64,000 nt of DNA from the IMG/VR virus record IMGVR_UViG_3300031992_000020; one strand, 5' to 3'. A model generated the notes under the pieces. It searched no databases. It saw only the letters and a list, made by a program, of their open reading frames with translations, and was not told the origin of the DNA. Shown here one piece after another: positions 11,407 through 22,260 of this stretch (the first letter of the stretch is position 1; the number at the start of each line of letters is the position of its first letter). The stretch comes from a virus. Its lineage: Duplodnaviria > Heunggongvirae > Uroviricota > Caudoviricetes. Position numbers and translations under genes: made by a program.

Positions 11407-13146
11407 TCAAAAATCCCATGAAGAAACAGACTCAAAGAAATAATCTATGAGCTTAATTTGTGGATATTCACCATTCCAATCATTTATTTCACACGTGCCA
11501 ACGATTGTAATGGTTTTATCTAATAAATTACTATATTCTTCTAAATTACTACCAAATTTGATAATTGAAGTTTGTTTTGGTTTTAAATCTATTCTTAATG
11601 TTCCCTTTTGCAATAAATTAACTGCAATAGGATCAGTTAATTTTATATGCTCGATTGCAATTATTGGCTCTGGAACACCTTGTCCCCAAATGTCTTTATA
11701 CCGAGCAATATCAATAATTGTCGAATCAAAATCATCTGCCATAGTCCAAACAAAATCAACTTCATAGGTTTTTTCGAAAACGACTTTTCCAAAATCTTCT
11801 CTGATTTTAACTTTAAACTTGTCCAAATTAGCAGGTGTAAAGGCAACACCGAAAGCCATAGCATGACCCTGAGCAAAAATGGCAAGACCGGTATTATCAA
11901 TATAATCACGCCAGTTATTGATGCCACCAGTGACAAACCCGCGCCCACTACCAGACCAAACTATTTCTCCTTCTTCGTTGGTGACTTCATTAAGTATAAG
12001 TGTAGGCTTATTGTAAGTAGCCATAATACTATTAGCCACCAGCCCAGTAATACCTCTAATAAGGTCATCATCTTGTACACCTTTATTTTGGATAATAATT
12101 AATGGTTCATCGGCCAAATGATATTTTTCAATCTTGACATACATTTCATCAAGTAATTTTTTCTTTTCATCATCTTGATGACGTTTAACATTTGATGCAT
12201 GCCGCACAGCTTGCACAACTCGTAACTCTTCATCATTTTTGCCAGCTCCACGCTTATCACTTGGTATCAATTGGCCAGCTTTCCAAGATAACATGGACTC
12301 AAATACTAATAATTTATCTTCATCGCTACCAACACGAGTCACCGCATTAATAAAAGGTACTATATACCATGCAACAGAATGAGGGTTATATTTTCCTTTC
12401 ATAGAAAATTCATTCTTATCCGCAAGATATACAAAAAATGGATTATTTACATATTTAAATCCTTCATTAATGTAATAGTTCGTTTCTGGACTGCGCATGT
12501 CCATCATGTCACCGGTTAATCCGAGGGCAACGAGGTCAAGAAAGATATTGCATTCTCCTGGTCGATTCCTAAGTCCGTCAATTGCTTGACAGCATTTGTA
12601 TACAACTCCAACACCTGATAAGTAGTGATTTCCATAGCTCTCTTGCTGGCTGTTGACAATGATAGCTCCTTGTCCTCTATCATTAGTTCCCGCGTCAAAT
12701 TCGTGATGATCGAGGACAACTGTGTCGATGCCCAGTCCACGCAATCTTTGATGGATTTCGCTTTCATTTGAACTGCTATCGGGAGCGATGACAAGGGTTG
12801 TTCCTTCTGGAATTGATTCTGTCGCAATTCCATGTAATTTCGCTTTATGTAATCCATATGTCCAATTCCTTTCTACTGTTGAAGGTGCAAATATATGTAA
12901 ATAATTCAATAGCAATGCGGCAGAAGTATAGCCATCACAATCACTATCAACTTGTACATATACTTTCTCTTGCCGCACAACAGCTTTTAGTATGCGTCTT
13001 GCTGCGGCATCTATATTATCTAATGTTTTATAATCACATTGATCACTTTCTTTTGGTTCAAGAAAGTTCCAATCTGTGCCTCTTAAATATAATACACGGG
13101 ATATAGGATCTAATCCTTCTCCACCTCTTTTTAACTTAATCTCCAT
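11407..13146 (-). CDS. RecJ-like DHH family ssDNA exonuclease
   Basis: DHH motif DSDCDGYTSAA plus DHHA1-like C-terminus. Confidence 0.65.
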   Translation of the reverse strand: MEIKLKRGGEGLDPISRVLYLRGTDWNFLEPKESDQCDYKTLDNIDAAARRILKAVVRQEKVYVQVDSDCDGYTSAALLLNYLHIFAPSTVERNWTYGLHKAKLHGIATESIPEGTTLVIAPDSSSNESEIHQRLRGLGIDTVVLDHHEFDAGTNDRGQGAIIVNSQQESYGNHYLSGVGVVYKCCQAIDGLRNRPGECNIFLDLVALGLTGDMMDMRSPETNYYINEGFKYVNNPFFVYLADKNEFSMKGKYNPHSVAWYIVPFINAVTRVGSDEDKLLVFESMLSWKAGQLIPSDKRGAGKNDEELRVVQAVRHASNVKRHQDDEKKKLLDEMYVKIEKYHLADEPLIIIQNKGVQDDDLIRGITGLVANSIMATYNKPTLILNEVTNEEGEIVWSGSGRGFVTGGINNWRDYIDNTGLAIFAQGHAMAFGVAFTPANLDKFKVKIREDFGKVVFEKTYEVDFVWTMADDFDSTIIDIARYKDIWGQGVPEPIIAIEHIKLTDPIAVNLLQKGTLRIDLKPKQTSIIKFGSNLEEYSNLLDKTITIVGTCEINDWNGEYPQIKLIDYFFESVSSWDF

Positions 13147-14250
13147 TTAAATCCCCATTCTGCTTTTATATAATTGTTTAAATATATCTGGCCCTTTATC
13201 TATTGGACTATCTTTATACCCCAGTTGATTTTTTATGTCTATAATAAAACTAATATTGACATAATTTGAATACTTCTGCGAAATTGCGTGTAAATTATTA
13301 CACCATTTGCCATATTCTTCATTACCAAGTTTTTCAAATTGTCGATCAAAAGCAATGATAATTTCTTTCGCTTGATATTCAATCAATTTGTTAATTTGCC
13401 AATAGCTAACAGCGCTGCCGCAACATGCCACAGATATATCGTTTGCAGATCCAAAATAACTTCTATAAAGCAGACAAGATTTTTCGCCTTCAAAAATAAT
13501 TGCTTTATTAAAAAGAGGAATATTCTTTTTGCTATTATTTAAGTTATAAAGGTTTAGCCCGAGAGGATGATTATACATTTGTCCATTCAAAACCATTGGA
13601 CGATACTTGCCATATAATGTCGCTTCTTCTTTGCCAAGAGATCTACCACGTAGACCGATAAATCTATCATTTTCATCAAAATGTGGAATAGTAATTTGGT
13701 CAGTTGAAGGGCAAAAACCAATATAAGCCTCTTTTAATATATCTTCGGTCATGCCTTCATCTATCCAATCACCAATACGTGGATAACATAGTCTATCAAG
13801 AATATGACAGTCATATGCTTTTAGCTCAATACGTTTTTGATCTTCTGGTAAGATTTTTATGCGCGAATATTTATCGAACACCCCGAGGTCTGGAAGTCCT
13901 CCAAACTCATCTTCTGCGTCAATATATTCTCCAGAGATACCGAATTTATTGGCCACATAACTGACTCCATTGTACAGTGACCACTTTTGTCCCTCAGTTT
14001 CACGGTTATGGACTCGACACACCAATTCAAATATGTCGAAAGTCGCGTCACATCCTGTATAGCATCGAAATAGTTTTGTATTTTCATAATAATATAATTT
14101 ATGACTCCCCTCGCCAGGATGATTATGACAAATGGTGCCCGCAATAAACCCAAAATTGGTTGGTTGCGGGTCACCACCAAGATCACGGACTAAATCTTCA
14201 ATTTGATCAGTTGTTAATTTTTCTTTGATCTCATCCTTATTTAGCCGCAT
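13147..14250 (-). CDS. DNA primase (zinc-binding, TOPRIM-like)
   Basis: Cys/His cluster CHNHPGEG..CYTGC; sits between helicase and exonuclease genes. Confidence 0.55.
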   Translation of the reverse strand: MRLNKDEIKEKLTTDQIEDLVRDLGGDPQPTNFGFIAGTICHNHPGEGSHKLYYYENTKLFRCYTGCDATFDIFELVCRVHNRETEGQKWSLYNGVSYVANKFGISGEYIDAEDEFGGLPDLGVFDKYSRIKILPEDQKRIELKAYDCHILDRLCYPRIGDWIDEGMTEDILKEAYIGFCPSTDQITIPHFDENDRFIGLRGRSLGKEEATLYGKYRPMVLNGQMYNHPLGLNLYNLNNSKKNIPLFNKAIIFEGEKSCLLYRSYFGSANDISVACCGSAVSYWQINKLIEYQAKEIIIAFDRQFEKLGNEEYGKWCNNLHAISQKYSNYVNISFIIDIKNQLGYKDSPIDKGPDIFKQLYKSRMGI

Positions 14251-14262
14251 GATTCATTCTCC

Positions 14263-14517
14263 TTAGTCGGTTAATACATCTTCAAGCATTGCCGGAGTTC
14301 TGGGCCCAGTAATAAGCTCATCCTCCAAAACAAGAGAGGTCACGTGACCCAGCAGTCCATAAGTCTGATTGATATAATCCATCGCATACTGGAACTTATC
14401 GCCTTTAACTTCTTTGGTCAGATCCTCGAAAGTGCGGCGAGGCATAATATATTCCAGCTCACGACCCCAAAACTTCTGTTCCTTGCTAACACTCTTGTTT
14501 CTCTTCTGCTTTGCCAT
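14263..14517 (-). CDS. hypothetical protein
   Basis: ORF track; ATGA start/stop overlap with dnaB. Confidence 0.4.
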   Translation of the reverse strand: MAKQKRNKSVSKEQKFWGRELEYIMPRRTFEDLTKEVKGDKFQYAMDYINQTYGLLGHVTSLVLEDELITGPRTPAMLEDVLTD

Positions 14518-16067
14518 TAAGTTTCGTCCTCCTCAAATGCACTAAAATCATTTATAATTACTTTAAGATCATCTATGCCGATCCATTCATATTGGAAATC
14601 TGTCATGAACATCGGCTTTATGCGGCAAGTGCCTAAATCGGCATCACACCACAATATAACACTTTTATATCTTCCTCGTCTATTCTTATAAATAGAAAGT
14701 TTAATTTTAGGAGTTGGAAATTGTGGATTTCTTTGCAGAATTGATTCCAAACTTCCTAAATCTTGCTCTTTTACCGGCAATAGGATTGAACCATAGTCAA
14801 TCTTATCTGCTATTGCTTTTGCGCCACGAAGTAAGTTTTGATCTGGTGTTTTACTATCTTGATAATCACCATTCAACTGAGTCGCGCTCATAATAAAAAC
14901 ATTATGCTTTACACAAATATCTTTTAATCTTGCGCTTAATAGGAACAAGATATTATCTTCACGAAGCGCAACCTTACCTGCTCTACGGCTAATCTCTTCC
15001 AAAATCTTAATTGATGTATGAATATAATCATGAAATATATACTGAATATCTTTATCTCTTAAATTTCTATGAATGGTATTTTCAACATCTTGAAGATTAA
15101 ATTCTGGAAGAACTTCAATATATAATGGACTATTTTTTATTACCTGTGCCGCACGCATTACTCGATCGCGTTCATCATTTTCATATCTTCCTGTCAAAAT
15201 ATGCTCTTCATTCACATTTGACAAAAAAGACAACATCATAGTTTGAATTTCAGACTTATCTTGTTCGGTTCCAATGAACAAAGTTGGAAATGCTTTACCA
15301 TTTTTTCTCCAACCAAATTGTTCATCATAGAACCAATCACATCCAATATAACACGCATCAGCAATCATACTTCTCGTTTTGCCAACTCCAGTTGGTGCAG
15401 AACGCAAGTAAAACTTTCCCAATCTAGCTCCGCGCGTAATTGTATTAATGTAGTTTCCATAGAGCTGAACGCCCACGTCAGGAACTGTTTCATATGAAGT
15501 AATAAGTTCTTCAATCCCATCACCTGCGGCAAAGCTTCCTGCTCCATCATCATTCTCAATAAATTTTTCTTTAATTACATCTATTTTTTCATCTATCTTT
15601 TGAACAATTTCAGCAGGAGTTACATTATCTAACCATTCTTCTTGGGCTTCTTTTTTCTTCGTATCAAGAATATTATCTGGATCATATAACCAAGAAAGAT
15701 CCATGCCCAAATTATCATACATACGCAGAACTGTCATTTTCCGCATACGCTTATAATAATAATCAAAAGTAGATCGTATTGCTACTTCACTTACTTTTTG
15801 AATGTATTCATTACCACGATTTAAGTCATAAATTGCTTTAACTTTTGGATGATTTTCAAGAAAATCATTAATTGCTTCTAACGTAAATCTTGTGGCTCCA
15901 TCCTCATGCAATTTAAATAATGTGCCAATTACTATTTTGTGAAATTCAGTTGGAAAATCATCTTCATGAATACTATATGTATCCTCAGCGTCCAATATTA
16001 ATGGATCATTATAAATACACCCAATTACTTGCACTATTGCTGTACTATCAACATATTTAGACGCCAT
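14517..16067 (-). CDS. dnaB: replicative DNA helicase (DnaB family)
   Basis: Walker A APTGVGKT; RecA-like C-terminal fold. Confidence 0.8.
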   Translation of the reverse strand: MASKYVDSTAIVQVIGCIYNDPLILDAEDTYSIHEDDFPTEFHKIVIGTLFKLHEDGATRFTLEAINDFLENHPKVKAIYDLNRGNEYIQKVSEVAIRSTFDYYYKRMRKMTVLRMYDNLGMDLSWLYDPDNILDTKKKEAQEEWLDNVTPAEIVQKIDEKIDVIKEKFIENDDGAGSFAAGDGIEELITSYETVPDVGVQLYGNYINTITRGARLGKFYLRSAPTGVGKTRSMIADACYIGCDWFYDEQFGWRKNGKAFPTLFIGTEQDKSEIQTMMLSFLSNVNEEHILTGRYENDERDRVMRAAQVIKNSPLYIEVLPEFNLQDVENTIHRNLRDKDIQYIFHDYIHTSIKILEEISRRAGKVALREDNILFLLSARLKDICVKHNVFIMSATQLNGDYQDSKTPDQNLLRGAKAIADKIDYGSILLPVKEQDLGSLESILQRNPQFPTPKIKLSIYKNRRGRYKSVILWCDADLGTCRIKPMFMTDFQYEWIGIDDLKVIINDFSAFEEDET

Positions 16068-16599
16068 TTACTTCCTCTACCTCTTCCTCTTCTATAAATG
16101 AAAACTTATGACTTTTCATTGGCTTTCGTTGAGGTGGTGGAATATGTATTTCAATTACATTTGGTTTCCATTGCTCAATCGGTTTTGCCTTATTCTGTTG
16201 AGATGCTACCCACATTGCTGTATAATAATTTTTTGCATCCTCATAAACATATGGCACAATACCTATGCCGCCATTTGCTTTCTCTATTGGATGTCCTTTT
16301 ACTTGATAAAAATACAACAATGTTTTATATATACCACTATATGTATAACCTTTATTTGTATGATAATCTTCCATTTGCTTATTTATTTTCGCAGAAATGG
16401 ATTCAATACCAAATAATTGCTTAATAAAATTCTCTAAGACTTGTTTGTCTCTTTCCTCTTGGGTTAATTCAGCATTATGACGATCGTAACACTCTTTATG
16501 TGCATATCGTATTTTATTTATTTGGACATATTCTTCTGTTTCTCTGTGAAAATATTTATTACAATATGGACATTTTACAGGTGCTAACTTTTTCGCCAT
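16057..16599 (-). CDS. hypothetical protein (N-terminal Cys4 zinc ribbon)
   Basis: CPYCNKYF...CYDRH; ORF track. Confidence 0.4.
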   Translation of the reverse strand: MAKKLAPVKCPYCNKYFHRETEEYVQINKIRYAHKECYDRHNAELTQEERDKQVLENFIKQLFGIESISAKINKQMEDYHTNKGYTYSGIYKTLLYFYQVKGHPIEKANGGIGIVPYVYEDAKNYYTAMWVASQQNKAKPIEQWKPNVIEIHIPPPQRKPMKSHKFSFIEEEEVEEVNGV

Positions 16600-16601
16600 T
16601 A

Positions 16602-16766
16602 TAATGTCGCCACCAAATCAAAAATATTCTTTATCGTAAGGAGAATCCAATATCCTACGATCCATGGCCAAGCATGTTTTGGCATCTTTTTAATTTGAAA
16701 TACTGAAACAACTGCTGCAATTATAATTAATCCAATAACACACCATTGTGAGGCTGTAAAAAACAT
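16602..16766 (-). CDS. small membrane protein (54 aa, two predicted TM helices)
   Basis: RBS TAAGGAGA then ATG; stop overlaps next start (TAATGG); below the 60-aa ORF-track cutoff. Confidence 0.35.
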
Positions 16767-16787
16767 TCTTTTTCTCCTTATGTAATT

Positions 16788-16816
16788 ATTATATCATAAA
16801 AAAGGATAAAAGTCAA
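16788..16816 (-). promoter_or_regulatory. sigma70-type promoter TTGACT-17-TATAAT
   Basis: reverse complement reads TTGACTTTTATCCTTTTTTATGATATAAT. Confidence 0.6.
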
Positions 16817-16840
16817 GCGAGCCATTTTGAGGCTCGCTTG
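16812..16840 (-). terminator. rho-independent terminator hairpin (caagcgagcc/ggctcgcttg) with T tract
   Basis: 10-bp inverted repeat right after the stop of the 16844..17830 gene; overlaps promoter -35. Confidence 0.6.
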
Positions 16841-16843
16841 ATC

Positions 16844-17830
16844 TTACTTGTTCAGAACTCGCAGTTCCTGAATAATCAACCAAACTTTTTCTGCATCAGC
16901 CTCAGTCGTTTCTTTGAACTGCTTACCAACCCCAAGATATTCAGTAATGATCTTGGAAATCTTCAATCTATTGCTTGGATCCTTTGCCATTAATTCTCCA
17001 AACAATACCTCAGCTTCTGCTTTCATTTCAGAGAATTTAGGCATTTCCAATTCATGTTCTTTGTATTCATTCTGCCGATCATTAGTTACATACTTATTAC
17101 CATGTTCGGCAGCTTCTTTATCAATAGCTTCTCCAATTGCATTAACAAGATTGTCATATGAGAAGACAATACTGTCTGGAATATACTTGAAACGTGAGCC
17201 CGCGACAAATCTAGGGGTGCCACGCAAGAATAATCTCGTTTCAGGCAATCCAGTTTCTTTACTTGTTACTTCATGAGAGAAACCAATAATATCACAAGTT
17301 CTTTCACAAATCTTACGACCACGTTTATCCAACGTAGGTTCAAGTTTACTATACTCTTCACCCTGTTCGTTCTTTTCAGTGCGCTCAGTGCTATGAGAAA
17401 TCAAAATAAGACCGTAATCCATCTGAATAATCTTACGTAGACAAGTATCAAATTCCTTTTCAACAAGACTATAACCTTTACCAAAAGGAAGATCACCGAT
17501 ATTATCTACACCATTATCATTACAGATATAATCTACGCAATAGTCATAAGCAATATCCGCAGTATCAATAACTACTGTCTGGAACATTTGCTTAGTTTCT
17601 TCTTCTTTCAATTCAACCAATAGTCTACGGAATTCATTCCAACTATTGATCGGCTGAGCCATAACTCCGGGGATGGCGCTGTAACCTTTCTCAAAAGCAA
17701 AGATTACAGCCCCAGGGAACTTCGCTGCGGTAGTCGTTTTGCCTGTCTTTGGTGTGCCATAGAAAAGCACGCTATACCCACGAAGGTCACGACTTACAAC
17801 ATGCGGTTTAAGACTAGTTAAAACGCCCAT
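16844..17830 (-). CDS. RecA-like/AAA ATPase (possible Sak4-type recombination mediator)
   Basis: Walker A GTPKTGKTT. Confidence 0.45.
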   Translation of the reverse strand: MGVLTSLKPHVVSRDLRGYSVLFYGTPKTGKTTTAAKFPGAVIFAFEKGYSAIPGVMAQPINSWNEFRRLLVELKEEETKQMFQTVVIDTADIAYDYCVDYICNDNGVDNIGDLPFGKGYSLVEKEFDTCLRKIIQMDYGLILISHSTERTEKNEQGEEYSKLEPTLDKRGRKICERTCDIIGFSHEVTSKETGLPETRLFLRGTPRFVAGSRFKYIPDSIVFSYDNLVNAIGEAIDKEAAEHGNKYVTNDRQNEYKEHELEMPKFSEMKAEAEVLFGELMAKDPSNRLKISKIITEYLGVGKQFKETTEADAEKVWLIIQELRVLNK

Positions 17831-17847
17831 TTATCGTGTCCTCCTTA

Positions 17848-18792
17848 TTAGAAATTGTAAGTATCATCTGCATTTGCGGGAACAGCCGCCGCAGAACTTC
17901 CACCCTTAGATGCTTCGTAATCAATACGACGCTGCTTCAAATCTGCCAAATGAAGCTCACGATCAGCCATCATCTTACTGAGTTCTGCCTTAGTAAGAGT
18001 GCTTTCATCATCAAAATCGTAAGGCTGCTTAGAGCAACCAGTAATAACAAACTCACGAGTCGTATTCTGACGCTCACGAACCTCATCTTCACCAAATGCA
18101 GATTCAGTTACAGTCTTGGTTACAACTGTCTTACTAAGCTGACGTCCCCAAACACAAGTGAATACAGGATTCTTAGCACTTGCGTCAAGATTCTGGAAAT
18201 ACTTCATACCACCGGCTCCGCGTACAACAAACTCAACCGGCATGAGTTCCTTACGATAATCCTGGAAGATCGCTCCCTTAACCTTAACGTGAGCATCAAT
18301 CTTTTTCTCAGGATCAGCTTCTACATCTTTCACATTCGTGATCAACATATCAGTCTTAAAAGTATTACGCTGCTTTTCATCCTCATTAAGAGAATTTACG
18401 ATATGAATAAATCCACCTTCATTACGAATAACGCTGGTAGGCTTTTCATCATTTACGGTGGGGAACCACTCATTCAGCTCAATCGCAGAATCACAACGAA
18501 GCTTCAAAGCCTTATCCGCGCCTACATTCAAAACAGTAGGATTCTCATCAATGATCTTCTTCAAGATCGGGAAACGACTATTCGCACTACCGCTCTTGGC
18601 GAATGTCGCAGTTTCATATGTATAATGGAGTCGTACCACATTTTCCATCTTGTCATCAGTTGCCAGCATAATCTCGCCGCTGATAAACTCAGTGCCAGGA
18701 GCCTTGGAATTTGCACCAGTCACTTTCTTTTCCAACTTATGGTCGTAAAGAATACCCTCAACATGCGATTCATTAATAAATTTCTTTTTCAT
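17848..18792 (-). CDS. hypothetical protein (possible ssDNA-binding or annealing protein)
   Basis: ORF track; position inside the replication module. Confidence 0.35.
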   Translation of the reverse strand: MKKKFINESHVEGILYDHKLEKKVTGANSKAPGTEFISGEIMLATDDKMENVVRLHYTYETATFAKSGSANSRFPILKKIIDENPTVLNVGADKALKLRCDSAIELNEWFPTVNDEKPTSVIRNEGGFIHIVNSLNEDEKQRNTFKTDMLITNVKDVEADPEKKIDAHVKVKGAIFQDYRKELMPVEFVVRGAGGMKYFQNLDASAKNPVFTCVWGRQLSKTVVTKTVTESAFGEDEVRERQNTTREFVITGCSKQPYDFDDESTLTKAELSKMMADRELHLADLKQRRIDYEASKGGSSAAAVPANADDTYNF

Positions 18793-18806
18793 TACTTGTT
18801 TTCTCC

Positions 18807-19141
18807 TTAAATTTCTACATTTTTTCCTTTTTCGGTAATCATATAAACTACTGGGTCTTTACCAACCTTTTCAACATAGCCATCTGTTACCAATTTACGC
18901 ATTGCGCCAGAAACACCTTTTGAAGTAATTCCCATATTATCCGCAATATCCCGAGCCTTATACATAGCTGTCGGTGCAGATTGTAGATACTTCAAAATTT
19001 TTCCGCCATTTTCTGTGAAAAGAGGTTTTTCAATACCATCTGTGTTCCTCAATGCGTCTACATACATTTTTACATTTTGCGGAACATCCTGATTTAGCGT
19101 CAGTTTGTCCCAATACTCAAGAAATTCCTGTTGTTTTGTCA
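18807..19141 (-). CDS. hypothetical protein
   Basis: RBS AGGAAAGGA upstream of MTKQQ start. Confidence 0.45.
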
Positions 19142-19174
19142 TGTGGTATGATCCTTTCCTCATTTTCTACATAT

Positions 19175-19203
19175 ATTATATCAAAATTTTTGGGAAATGT
19201 CAA
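19175..19203 (-). promoter_or_regulatory. perfect consensus sigma70 promoter TTGACA-17-TATAAT
   Basis: reverse complement reads TTGACATTTCCCAAAAATTTTGATATAAT. Confidence 0.65.
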
Positions 19204-19484
19204 TTCAATCCCTCATAGATAGCAGCAGGTAGTAAATCATAGAGCAACTGAGCGTACTTTTCATCTTCGGTTTCTAAATAAATCTCACGAATAGTATTTA
19301 GAGTATTTAGCCAATCATCAACCAGATCTTGAAGATATTCTGGCTGGTTGTATGGTTCATCATCATATACAACAGGATTGAATTCATATGGTTCTAATTC
19401 AAAAGGCTCTGCAAAAATCTGCATATTATGCTTATGAATTGATTCCATTGCCTGCTTTATTTCTTTTGCAGATGTAACACTCAT
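19200..19484 (-). CDS. hypothetical acidic protein
   Basis: ORF track. Confidence 0.4.
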   Translation of the reverse strand: MSVTSAKEIKQAMESIHKHNMQIFAEPFELEPYEFNPVVYDDEPYNQPEYLQDLVDDWLNTLNTIREIYLETEDEKYAQLLYDLLPAAIYEGLN

Positions 19485-20239
19485 TCTGTTACCTCATCAA
19501 TGAAAATCAATTCTTGCGCATAAGGCAATGTTCTCGCCCAAGAAATAAAGTTAGGCTTAGAAGCATCATCCTGTCCAGACCACTCATTTAGCTTATGGAA
19601 TCTGCGCTGACTCTTGGAGCATATAGAAAGTAGATTTTCATAATTCATCGTGACAGTACGCTTTTGTAGCCAGGCTTCGGGTAGCAGACGAACAAGCTCT
19701 TTCCAATATGCCTTTTGCCGCGCTGGATCTTCTGTTTTCAGAACCTGCTGCCGCAAATCTTCAAGCCATGTAATAAGTTTATCCCATCTCTCATCTATAT
19801 GCCAATGATCAACGAATCCACATGCTTTTCCAGCTTCAGTAACGTTAGATTGATCCGCCTTATCAACGGGTAGATCTGGATCCCAATCATCAATTTCAAA
19901 ACAATCAAGAGTGATAGGCTGTGATGTTAGCTTATGCATTGTACTTGTGCTATTAGCAACAGTACCAACTTTATATGTGTCAAACTCTTTCCACCAATAT
20001 AGTGGAGCAGTGATATCAACAGATACTATAATCTGGCGCATAAATTTACGATGTTCTGGCCCACTTTTGATAAGAGTCTGCATAAGTTTCATATCTCTTG
20101 GGCCGATATCCCAATAGCACTGCTTAGTTTCTGGATCGAATCCAGTTATACTGTCGCTTAAATGCCAACTATTTTTAGGGTTGCGCATGCCGCGGATTGC
20201 ATGCTCAAAGCCCCATACAGAAGTATATTCAAATTTCAT
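19481..20239 (-). CDS. ThyX-like FAD-dependent thymidylate synthase (tentative)
   Basis: HRKFMRQ..S motif resembles the ThyX RHR..S signature; lies in a nucleotide-metabolism context. Confidence 0.4.
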   Translation of the reverse strand: MKFEYTSVWGFEHAIRGMRNPKNSWHLSDSITGFDPETKQCYWDIGPRDMKLMQTLIKSGPEHRKFMRQIIVSVDITAPLYWWKEFDTYKVGTVANSTSTMHKLTSQPITLDCFEIDDWDPDLPVDKADQSNVTEAGKACGFVDHWHIDERWDKLITWLEDLRQQVLKTEDPARQKAYWKELVRLLPEAWLQKRTVTMNYENLLSICSKSQRRFHKLNEWSGQDDASKPNFISWARTLPYAQELIFIDEVTE

Positions 20240-20517
20240 TATATATGAATTGTTTCAGCGCCAATACTATTACTAGTAGCAATATTTGAAGAACTTGCAT
20301 CAATATCAATATGATCCGCGCTATTGCAAGTCAACGTTGCATTTGTGCCACAATAGGTAATTGACCATGGGCTCCAACTGCTTGGAGTAGTATAAGTATA
20401 AGTTTTATTATTTGCGCGATAGCCTTCCCAATAGGCTTCATCAAGAAGCTCCTTTAACTCTTTTGTAGTTAAAGTAATCTGATCCTTCTTGTCAGTTGTA
20501 AATACTTTAATCATCAT
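20239..20517 (-). CDS. hypothetical protein
   Basis: ORF track. Confidence 0.35.
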   Translation of the reverse strand: MMIKVFTTDKKDQITLTTKELKELLDEAYWEGYRANNKTYTYTTPSSWSPWSITYCGTNATLTCNSADHIDIDASSSNIATSNSIGAETIHI

Positions 20518-20531
20518 AAGAATTTACCTCA

Positions 20532-21515
20532 TTATTTAATACTGTAGCCATATTCTTTGGCTTTGTAAAAGTCTTGCCAATAATCTTCTCTCTCATTTAG
20601 CTTAGATTGATCACATTCCTCTATAACTTCGAATGTAAATTTTTCTAAACCTTCTTGATACATTGCAGGATATAATTTATTTTGTGTGCGAGGCTCCGCG
20701 TTTAACGCCCTCTTAATATGTTGCCGCCAGCGATCTGCAATATCAACTGCTTGTCCAACATAACACATTTGTGTTTCGATGTTTGTGATGCGGTAAATAC
20801 CAGTATGTCGTCCGTTGCCTATGACTCGACCCACGAGATCGGTATATGGCTTTTCATAGTAGACTTTCCAGATAACTTTTGCAATAGCTTCTCCGGCTTC
20901 TTGCGATATGCTTGGCACAATCTCTTCAAGTCTTCGTATGTCATTAAGTGTGTGTGGCCCCATTTGTAGAGAATGGAACTTAATGAAATTTTCTTCTTCT
21001 GCATGACGTTTTGCAACCTCAACTGCTGCGCTTGCGGCAGATTTTAATTCACTTAATTTTTTATCAAGTTCTTTCGCGGCATCCATTTTACGACGATTAG
21101 TGTCTTTAAATTGTTCCGCAAAATCTTCTTGCATTTGAATATATTCTTCTTGCCTTTTGTCGATCCAAACTTGACGTTCTGTCAGATATTTCTTTTTAAA
21201 TTCTTCTTCAGTTAATTCATATGACTATTTTAATTTTTCAACATTTTCAACTTGAGTGGCAATATCATCATTTAGTTCTTTCTTGCGTGTTGCCAATTCA
21301 TCAATTTTGAATCTATGCTCTACAATCTGGTTAGTTAATTCATTATCTTGTACAGTTAATTGTTCTAATTTTTCTTTATACTAATTAACTTCATACTAAG
21401 CTGTATTTATACTTGCTTGTAATCCATTATACTATTGAATATTTTTTTTGACTAAATAACCTGATATGATAGTAGCAATAATGCCAATGACAAGAAGAGC
21501 AATAATGATCCACAT
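20532..21515 (-). CDS. TM helix, coiled-coil and GIY-YIG nuclease domain protein; contains 4 in-frame TAG codons (predicted sense)
   Basis: RBS GGAGGACAAT then ATG at 21515; single open frame continues into track ORF 20532..21134 through TAGs at about 21432, 21396, 21381 and 21225; GIY-YIG motif YVGQ..R..H. Confidence 0.55.
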
Positions 21516-21535
21516 ATTGTCCTCCAGTCTAAAAT

Positions 21536-21566
21536 AGGGGATTGATAAAGCCTACCAATCCCCCAT
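21536..21566 (-). terminator. rho-independent terminator (GGGGATTG/CAATCCCC stem then T tract)
   Basis: lies downstream of the 21585..21860 gene. Confidence 0.5.
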
Positions 21567-21584
21567 TTATTATTTACTTTTTAA

Positions 21585-21860
21585 TTACTCAGCTTCTTCG
21601 GCATTTACGTCGATAGCACGGCCAGCATCGGTGAGCTTGAGGAACTTAACCTTCTTGTGGGTGCCATCATCCAGCTCGATCTCAGCTTCCTCACGGACAC
21701 CAAGGCTCTTGCGCTGAATCGCAGAAGTGAAGATACCATCAACACTACGCTTCTCAAGTCCCAGAGCATCAGCCACATCAGCGGCAGTCACGTTGTCAGA
21801 AGCACTCAAACCCTGCAGATAAGTAATAACCTTCTTAGTATTTTCTTTCATAGCAGCCAT
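21585..21860 (-). CDS. hypothetical small DNA-binding-like protein
   Basis: ORF track; RBS GGAGAAAAAAG. Confidence 0.4.
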   Translation of the reverse strand: MAAMKENTKKVITYLQGLSASDNVTAADVADALGLEKRSVDGIFTSAIQRKSLGVREEAEIELDDGTHKKVKFLKLTDAGRAIDVNAEEAE

Positions 21861-21961
21861 AATCTTTTTTCTCCTTTTGCGCTTAAAGCGTCTTTAAATA
21901 ATGTATTGTATATTTATAATAATCTGAAGGATTTGCCTATCAGTTATTATCTATACAGATT

Positions 21962-21972
21962 ATACCATAATT
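21962..21972 (-). promoter_or_regulatory. extended -10 promoter TATGGTATAAT
   Basis: TRTGnTATAAT match on the minus strand upstream of the 21585..21860 gene. Confidence 0.4.
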
Positions 21973-21983
21973 TTTTTTCAAGA

Positions 21984-22184
21984 TCAAATATTTTTTTCTT
22001 TTAAATAATCTTGAACAAGTGTGTCAAGGGCAATCATGTCTTGAAGTTCTAGGTCTGCGGCTTCTTGTGCCTGCATCATACGATCTTTCGCTGTGTTAAC
22101 TTCATCACGATCTTGACTGGTCTGGATGGTATATTCCAGATCCGCGATTTTCTTAGCTAATTGTTTTAGCTGTTTCTTAGTCAC
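21984..22184 (-). CDS. hypothetical coiled-coil protein (GTG start)
   Basis: ORF track. Confidence 0.35.
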   Translation of the reverse strand: MTKKQLKQLAKKIADLEYTIQTSQDRDEVNTAKDRMMQAQEAADLELQDMIALDTLVQDYLKEKNI

Positions 22185-22219
22185 GGTAAGATTTTTTCCT
22201 TTCTTTATCTTACATACAT

Positions 22220-22248
22220 ATTATATTAAAAATTTTTATAAAAATCAA
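22220..22248 (-). promoter_or_regulatory. sigma70-type promoter TTGATT-17-TATAAT
   Basis: reverse complement reads TTGATTTTTATAAAAATTTTTAATATAAT. Confidence 0.6.
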
Positions 22249-22260
22249 CTAGTTTACGCA